This document shows positions 13,134-21,122 of a DNA stretch of 29,408 bases, piece by piece; positions within the stretch are counted from its first letter, which is position 1, and each line of letters begins with the position of its first letter. The translations under genes were made by a program, and so were the position numbers. A model generated the notes under the pieces. The model was not told where the DNA came from, did not search any database, and saw only the letters and a list, made by a program, of their open reading frames with translations. The stretch is from Sarea resinae. Its lineage: Eukaryota. The stretch lies in NCBI GenBank assembly GCA_026026165.1, contig JAPEUD010000061.1, positions 124,001 through 153,408 of the forward strand, read 5' to 3'.

Positions 13134-14624
13134 CCTAACTATATTGCAGGTTGCTATTCTACTTAGATTATATAGTATATACTCTTACTACTTAACGCTA
13201 ATTAGCTAGCTAGGCTAGTAGAAAGTAGGATTGCATTAAGTAGGATTATAATTTAAAAAGTCTTGCTAAACGTTGCTTTTTTCGCTGCTAGCTAGATCTT
13301 TAACCCTTAAGCAGCTACCTTTCTATATAACTTAATTAATTTCCTCTTACTATTAAGGCTGTTCTAGCCTGCTTAATCTTTTAGAGCTACTTAACCTTAG
13401 TTAGAGCTACTTTTAACTTGTACTCTAACTGCATTGCAACTACACAACTAAGCAAGCTAGCTAGTAAGCGCGCTCTTAGGTAATAGCTATATATAACCTC
13501 TAAGTAACCTATAGTAGTATTGCTACTTAGAGCTCTACTACTAAATCGCTACTAATAGACTAGTAGAGCAACTACTAAGTAATTTATAGTAGTGTCTCTC
13601 TTTCTTATAGTAACTCTTAGTAGTAGTATTCTAACTACATTATAGGTTGCTATTCTATCTGCTCTAAGAGCTAGTTAATAATTATACCTCTAGATAGTCT
13701 AGAAGAAAAACCTCTCTATATACTATATATATATACTTTACCTACCTACTTTACTTACCTACTATTTTAGCTAGCTAGGCTAGCCTAATAATCTATAGCA
13801 GCAAATTAAATAGTATAGCTAAAAGACTCTTAGTAGTATCCTTAGAAGTAAAGTAAGCCTACCTATAGTAGCATTACTAGGTAACCTATAGTAGTATACC
13901 TTAACTACTTATTACTACTAACTAGCCTAGCCTAGCTAGCAGAAAGTAGAAAGGCAAGTAAAAGAGGATTATAGCTATATAAATACTGTAAAAGATTGCG
14001 TTAAACACTATACTACTAGCCTAGTAGCTAACTCTTTAGCAGCAGTTGTTCTATATTACTAACTTAATTAATTATCTTTATTATCTTCTCTACTATTAGT
14101 ATAGTGCTGTTTTTACTTGCTTAACCTTCTAGAGTTAAGTTGCTAGGCCTTAGTTAAGGCTACTCTACTTTTAACTTATACCTCTACTAGAATCTCTCTT
14201 TAACTAACTAACCTAGCTAGGTTCTAAAGGCCTTTACTCTAAATAGTAGCTGTAGTAGTTAACTAGTTACACTATATAGGTGACTATTAAGTGCTGCTCT
14301 ATAGTTAGCATTATTACACTGTTAGGAACCTTAATTAGTATCTAGAGTATTAGTATCTGTTGCTACTTAAGCAGTGTAGGCAAATTGTAGCAAGCTTATA
14401 TAACTACACTTTAGCTAAACTATATAAGGTGCTGTTACTGCCTAGAGATAGCCTTGCTTTTACAGCTCTAAGAGAGCCTTTAGAAGCCTTTAAATGCAAT
14501 AATTATAATTAATGTAGCTATATTAGCGTGAGCTAAACAGCGATACAGTAACATTGTAACCTAAAACATAACTAGTAGGTAAGTAGGTAAAACTCTAGGT
14601 ATTAGCACTTAATTAAGGCCTAGA
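13134..14624 (+). mobile_element. TLH element copy 2 (3'-truncated); ORF remnant ~14243-14627
   Basis: End motif CCTAACTATATTGCAGG, two modules (13134-13426, ~13920-14183), palindrome at 13687, and a Zn-finger coding remnant near-identical to 11552-11935. Confidence 0.88.
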
Positions 14625-15734
14625 CCTAACTGTATTGCACTAGGTAAAAACACTGTCTTCTTACTAATCTTTGCCTCTTTAAGGCATTAAACTAAGCCTA
14701 AGCAAGAATTAACAATGCTTTCTTAACAGTGTTTTTACACCTGTTAAAAAACGCCCTCTACCTACTAACCTAACTACCTTAATAGCTGCCTTAATCTTTA
14801 CCTACACACTTACTCTTTGTTTTGTTTAATTACTAGCCTACTAGCGTTAATTTCCTACCCTTAGAGTTGCCTTATCCCTTAGAGTTACTTAGAGTTCTAA
14901 GGTATATTAAGAGGTGATTGTAGCTAGCTAAGGCAGACTAACAGCGCACTTTGCCTCTAGCGCCTATATAGCGCTCTAAGGAAAGAAGAAGGCTTGCTTG
15001 CGTCTAATCTACTAGCCGCTGTTTAAAGATTAAAAAACTTCTTAATAGTCTAGAAGAAAAAGCTCTCTATATATATACACTATATCTGCCTAGCCTGCTA
15101 GCTATTTAGCTAGCCTAGCTAGTAAAATCTACTAGAAGAGTTTAAGTATCACTTAGAGTTAAAAGAAGATTAAGAGGTTATTACAATGAGCTAAGGTATA
15201 CTAACTATACACTTTACCTATAGTAGCGCTACTACTACCCTTAATAACTAGTAGCAGCAGCTGTAGCAAGCAGTGTAAAAATAAGAGCAATAAGAGTAGT
15301 AAGAGAAGTAAAAGAAGTAGTAAGAGAGATTAGGATTAAGATTAAGATTAGGATCGCAATTATTATTATTCTACTATAAGCTAAACTATTAGGTCCTAAT
15401 CTGCTATTAATATAGCTACACTCTTTAAAATATAGACTGCTACTTAAAGGACAGTTATATAATGCTAGCTAAAGAGCGATATCTACTTAGAGTGTAGTAT
15501 TAAGGCTATAGCCTACTTAATCTATATACTATACCTTTGCTACTACTAAATTACCTTGTATTTCCTACTCTAAAGGCACCTACTAATAGCTTTACCTATT
15601 AAGACTATAGTTTTAGCATAGTAAATCGCTAGATTATATAGAAGTATAGTAATAAGCAGTACACTTAGTTTGCTAATTAAGAGAAAGAAAAAGAAAAAGA
15701 CTTGCTAAATTAGCAGCTAGTTCTAGTGCAGACC
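14625..15734 (+). mobile_element. TLH element copy 3 (divergent variant, 3'-truncated); DUF3505-like remnant ~15360-15734
   Basis: End motif CCTAACTGTATTGCA, degenerate palindrome at 15038, and de-RIPped reading ...YxxDYQVLIC..HGY.L....HLK..H...WQRVxVQT. Confidence 0.75.
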
Positions 15735-17246
15735 TAGAGTGTCTACTTAGGTACTTACTAGGTAGGTAGAGGTAGAAGAACCTACCTAGGTATAGGTATT
15801 AAGTACCTATACCCTAATTAACCTACCTAATAAGACTTAGTAAGTAGGTATAGGTACTTATTATATAATATAAAGATAGTAGCTAAAATAGCATAGATAG
15901 TAAGGCATGTTTTATAGAGCATTAAAAAGCTGCTATTACTCTATAAATATTACCTATATATATTACTAAGTCTATTAAGTCTTTATTATAGACTAAGTAA
16001 AGTAAAGACTAAAAATACTAAAAGGTAGAGAAAAACTATAAGCCTCTTATAACTTCCTATAACCTGTGACTAGAAGACTAGAAAAGCTCTAATTATATCT
16101 CTAATTATATCTCTAATTGCATCTCTAATTGCACTACTAGGACTAGTAAAACCTTAGAGCTAATACTATAGAAACTTAACCTATATATTACTAGAGATCT
16201 AGATACTAAAGCCCTTTATTAAAGCCTTAATAAACTAAGTGTCTTTATAATTAATAGTTATACAGTTCTAATAAATGCAGGCCTAAAGCATATCTAGAAA
16301 AATTAAGTATAGAATAGAAAAAGAGATAGAAAAACTCACTTTTAAAGAACCTAACTATAAAAGCCTTAGTGGCTTCTTATAAGGCATATATAGCTAATAA
16401 CTAAAAACAAAGCTCTTTAAAGAGGTAGTAGTAATAAGATATAACCTTACAGACTAGGCGCTAGAAAGAGAGCTTTAGAATAACTAAATTAATAGATTTT
16501 TACAATCTCTTAATTTTATAGAGTGCAGATACTATAGTGTTTAAATGTTACTATAATATATTACCCTTAGAGTTTAGAGACTAAGACTTACTACCTAGAT
16601 AAGTGTAACAAGGTTAGATTAGTTTAGGCACACTATAAACCTTACTATAACTATAAAAGGCAGTATCTTTATAAACCTATGCTTTTATAGTATCTTTATA
16701 GGCCTTTTAGCGTTTAGTATATGTGCTAGTAGTAAAGCGTTATCTAGTAGTAAGATAACCTTTATATGCTGCTATACTAGCTAAGTTCTTATATAGGGAT
16801 TTGCTACTAGTAATACAATAAGCCTTAGCAGTAGATATTCTTTTACCTTTTCCTTTTCTTTTTCTACTAGTACTAGAGACAGTCTTATAAGCAGTACATT
16901 TAGTACAAGCTATTATCTAGTAAAATGTTACTATTAAGTGTCTAGTAGAGGTAAGAAAGAATAACTTACTGTATTAGTAACTATAATTATGTTAAGAGAG
17001 TAAGAGTATAGTGTAGAGAGTGCTAAAGGAGAATCTTTAGTTAGTATTAAAGAAAGAATCTAGAGAGTTGTTTATAGTTAGGAATTATTAGCTAAGTGTC
17101 TTTATAGTCTTAAATGTTACTTAAATGTGTTACTATTAAGTAGTAGTTCTTAAACTTACTTTAACCTTAAAACTTAAAGAGTACTAAGAGAGAAATCTTA
17201 ATAATGCTAATAATAGAAGTAATAAAGTTTATTAAGTCTTATTAGT

Positions 17247-17593
17247 TTAATAATAGAAGTGATAAAGTTAATAAGAGAGAGTAATTCTCTTGCTATAGGA
17301 GAAGGTTGCTAATAATATAGGTAGTAAGGTTAAATTAAGTAGTAGACCTATATAATATTAAGGTAAATATTTACTGCAAGGTATATACCTTAGTTAGTGT
17401 TATTAGCTAGTTAATAAGGTATATACCTTGTAGTAAATGTTATTAACTAATTAATAAGGTATATACCTTCTGCTTAAATCTTATATACCTAGTTCTACTA
17501 TGTAATTCAACCTTACTACCTATATTATTAGCAACTTTCTTCTATATAAAGAGAAGTGCTATTTTTTATTAACTCTATTACTTCTATTATTAA
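17247..17593. repeat. Long imperfect inverted repeat (foldback), ~100-bp arms with an inner hairpin
   Basis: 17247-17350 is reverse-complementary to 17490-17593 (e.g. GTTGCTAATAATATAGGTAGTAAGGTT / AACCTTACTACCTATATTATTAGCAAC). Inner pair ATTTACTGCAAGGTATATACCTTA / TAAGGTATATACCTTGTAGTAAAT. Confidence 0.85.
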
Positions 17594-17882
17594 TATTATT
17601 AAGATTTTATTAATTTTATTAATCCTATTAACTTCTTAACTGTTTAGGTAGTAGAAAGTTATAAGATAGATAGTTAATTACTTCTATTATTAATATTATT
17701 AAGATTTTATTAATTTTATTAATCCTATTAACTTCTTAACTGTTTAGGTAGTAGAAAGTTATAAGATAGATAGTTAATTACTTCTATTATTAATATTATT
17801 AAGATTTTATTAATTTTATTAATCCTATTAACTTCTTAACTGTTTAGGTAGTAGAAAGTTATAAGATAGATAGTTAATTACT
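17581..17882 (+). repeat. Tandem repeat, ~100-bp unit x3
   Basis: CTTCTATTATTAAT...GATAGATAGTTAATTA repeated essentially identically at 17581, 17681 and 17781. Confidence 0.95.
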
Positions 17883-18041
17883 CTTTAAATCACTTATATC
17901 ACTTATAAGCTCTTTTTAGAATAAGGCAGCTATAGAGAATACTAGCATTATAAAGAAGAGGTGAGTTTTAAACTTCTAAGTAAGATAAAGTAAGGTAAAA
18001 CTAACTTCTTCTTAGAAACTATAGCCTACTAGCAGCTTAGG

Positions 18042-20617
18042 CCTACCTGCATTGCAGCCCCTGATCCTACTAGGATTAAGGAGACGTACTAGGTACGTAC
18101 CCTGACCGCCTGGCCCCTGATTAGCCTGCCCTGCCAGCAGAAAGTAGGATTAAGCAGAGTAGGATCGAGCAATTGCTAGCGCGTCGAAATCGCCTCCTAA
18201 CGCTGCTAGCCGCATCTCTAACCCTTAAGGAGCCGCCTTTCTATAGCACTCGATCGATTATCTCCTCTTGTTAATGCTGTTTAGGCCTGCGCAACCTCTC
18301 TAGGGTTAGTGCTTAACCTTAGTTAGGGCTACCTTCTACTTGTACCCTAGACTGCATTGCTACTAAGAGCGACTAGGCAAGCAAGCAGGCGCGCCCTAGG
18401 TAACCCCCCCCCCTCTCTCTCTAGTGGTATATCCCTAGGTAACCCTTAGTAGTATAAGCTACCTTTTTTCTGAAATAGCGACTGACTGACTAACTAACCT
18501 AGTAACTAGTCAAGCGCGCCCTAGGTAACCCCTAGTAGCACCTTAAGGGAAGCAAGCCTTAGTAGTATCCTAACTGCATAGCTAGTCGCTATCCTATCTA
18601 ATGCAGCTGTTTAACAATTAAACTTCTAGACAGTCTAGCAGAAAAACCTCTCTCTAGGCTGCAGGCGCCTTGCCTGCCCTGCTTGCTAGCTATTTAGCTG
18701 GCTAGGCTAGCGAAATAATAAATGATCCTAAGCAGGCGTCTAGTGTTTGTTTGTTAACTGCCTAGCGCGCGCGCGTCGCTAATTAGCTAGCCTAGCTAGC
18801 AGAAAGTGCAATTAAGGTAGTGCATAGGATTAAGCTGACGCAAAACTAGTAAGACATTATATCTAACGCTGCTAGCCTAATCTCTGACCTATAGGCGGCA
18901 GCCTTCCTATGTACAACTAGATTAATTATCTCCTACTACTGTTAGAGCTGTTCTAGCGTGCTTAACCTCTTAGAGTTGCAAGGCCTTAGTTAGAGGCTAC
19001 CTTTAACTTGTACCTTCTACTAAATCCCCTTAGTTAGTCGCAGCAAGCAAGCGCGCGCGCCCTAACAATCTATTACTATTACTATTACTATTACTATAGC
19101 GGCTGCGGCAGCTGCTGCTACTACAACTATTGCAGTAAACTAGCTAGTCTATAAACTAGATTATTAGGTGCTACTATGCTAGCAACATAGTTATGCGATT
19201 CAGAACCTTAACTAGCATCTTAAGCATTATTATAGCATGTTAGCAAAGCAGCGGCGGCTGATTGTAGCTAGCCTGCGCGATTATATCCTTACTTAACTGC
19301 AAGACATCTGATTACTGCCAGTTAATAGCCAGCTGTTTCTAGCATTAGGAACGCTACTAGACGCCTTTTAATGCGATGATTTTAACTAATATCGCTGTAT
19401 CAGCGTTAGTCGACTAGCGATGCAGAAGCATTGCAATAAGCAGCACTACTAGCAGGCTAGCCAGCTGAAAAAAGCGACACATTAGCACTTAGTAAGAGTG
19501 CAGACCTTCTTTAACAGCTGTAGACTGCAGCGATATTTCCCTATACAGCTGCTGCTAGCAGATTAAAGAGAGCATGCTTTCTCTTTCTCTTCCTCTTCTT
19601 CTTCTTCTTCTTTTAACTCTGAGCTAGGCCGCTCAACTAGGTTGCCTACGCAGTTAAGTCACAAAGACGCTAACATAGTAAGCTAGATCTAGCGTGAATT
19701 CAATGCTTAGCAGGCCACGCACAAGCAGAGTCAGGCCCTAATTAAGAGCAAGGTGCAGAAGACTAATTAGACTAGCTAGTTCAGTCGCACAGGCTGGCCG
19801 ACCCACCTGCGCTGTCAGAATATAGCCTACCTTCTCTACACTAGCGAGCTCCTACTAAACTAGCGACTTAGCTGGCGGCAGCAGCAAGGGCAGCGGCAGC
19901 AGCAAGGGCAAGATTTTAACCGCATCCTAAGCTAGGCGGCTAAGGTCACCTGCCTAATAATTGAGCGCTGTGTAGCTAGGCTAGCGACCTTGCTGCACGA
20001 GCTCTGCCGCTGGCTGCGCAGCGAGAAGCGCACTAAGGTGCATCTAAAGCTATTAGGTCGGCTGCAGAGCGCTAAGGCCTAGGTGCGCTATGCTAACTAT
20101 TAGGCGCGTCTAATCTGCTACTGCCTGCGTGTCTTCGCCTACTGCACCTTTGCCGCGGCTAACAACGACAATGCAGCTAACACGCGGCTAAAAGATGCCG
20201 ACAAATTGCTGCATCTAACGGCAGAGCAGAACAAGCGCCTGCAGGCTATCTAGGAGTCGCTCGAGCTAGATAGCAACGAGTCCTCGTAGGTCGACTAAGT
20301 CCTTGCCTTCTCGCAGGCGCTGATCTTTCACCTACTGCTGCTAGTAGACCCCTTTGACAGCGCGCTGATCTACTTCCTCGCTGTGCTTAGCATTAACCCT
20401 CTCACTGATCAGCTGCACACAGCGACGCACTACTCCTACTAGCTAGCTAGGGTAGTCTACTACATGCAGGTGATTAGGGCCGAGGCGCTCCTGCTAGCGG
20501 CAGCGCGGCAGCGGCAGGGCCTGGCTAAGCAGAAGCGCTTCCTAGCCTAGCGCAAGAGATTCCTCGCCAACGGCTTGCTAAGCCTGATGAGCACAATGAT
20601 CAGCCTGCTTGCATACG
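18042..20617 (+). mobile_element. TLH element copy 4 (3'-truncated, moderately RIPped); ORF remnant ~19096-20617
   Basis: End motif CCTACCTGCATTGCAG, two modules (18042-18347, ~18780-19015), palindrome at 18623, and coding remnant colinear with 21123-22574. Confidence 0.9.
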
Positions 20618-21122
20618 CCTAACTGCATTGCAGGCTAGAATCCTACTACGATTCCACGGTACGTACTCCTACTGCCAGGCTCGCGACCGCGCCAGATTAG
20701 TTGCTAGGCGGCAGAACCCACTAGGATTCTAGCGGTTGAATTCCACCGGCCTACCACGCCTAGAAAACCCCTTTCCAAGCCTACATCGCTATCGCCGCCA
20801 CCCTGCCAACCTGATCGCACACGACCGCCACCCTCTAAACGTCCTTGTGGCTCTTCTAAGACGCCGTCGTTGATTTAGGGTTATGTGGCCTTAGTTAGGG
20901 TTAAGTTAGGGCTACTTTTGACGACGTACCTACTAGGCAGGCGCGCGCCGCCCACGACTGACTGAGCTATTCAAGCAGGCTAGAACGCAAGCAAGCAAGG
21001 GTAGATTCTAACTCTACACTAGAAGGACCTTTATCTATCCTAGAAGAGAAGAGAGGCAAGTGCAACGATTAAGGAGAGAGGGCCTATCTTATCAGATAGA
21101 AGAACGTAAAGGAAGAATCTAA

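Larger units (their letters stand above)
15735..18041 (+). mobile_element. hAT-like left end C plus heavily RIPped AT-rich body (possibly composite), truncated by TLH copy 4
   Basis: Starts TAGAGTGTCTACTTAGGTACTTACTAGGTAGGTAG, matching 10030 and 11033; the internal sequence differs from fragment A. Confidence 0.5.

Noticed and set aside
16400..17000. hAT transposase/BED finger remnant on the minus strand
   Set aside because: A CxxC can be read, but RIP damage is too heavy to support an assignment by eye.
18215..18230. TCTCTAACCCT in the module as a telomerase-RNA template
   Set aside because: The paralogue at ~18881 reads TCTCTGACCT, so TAA is probably RIP-derived. The module is multi-copy and far shorter than fungal TER.
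18121..18347. Module as a minus-strand protein-coding remnant
   Set aside because: Indels between copies are not multiples of three and no frame is conserved.
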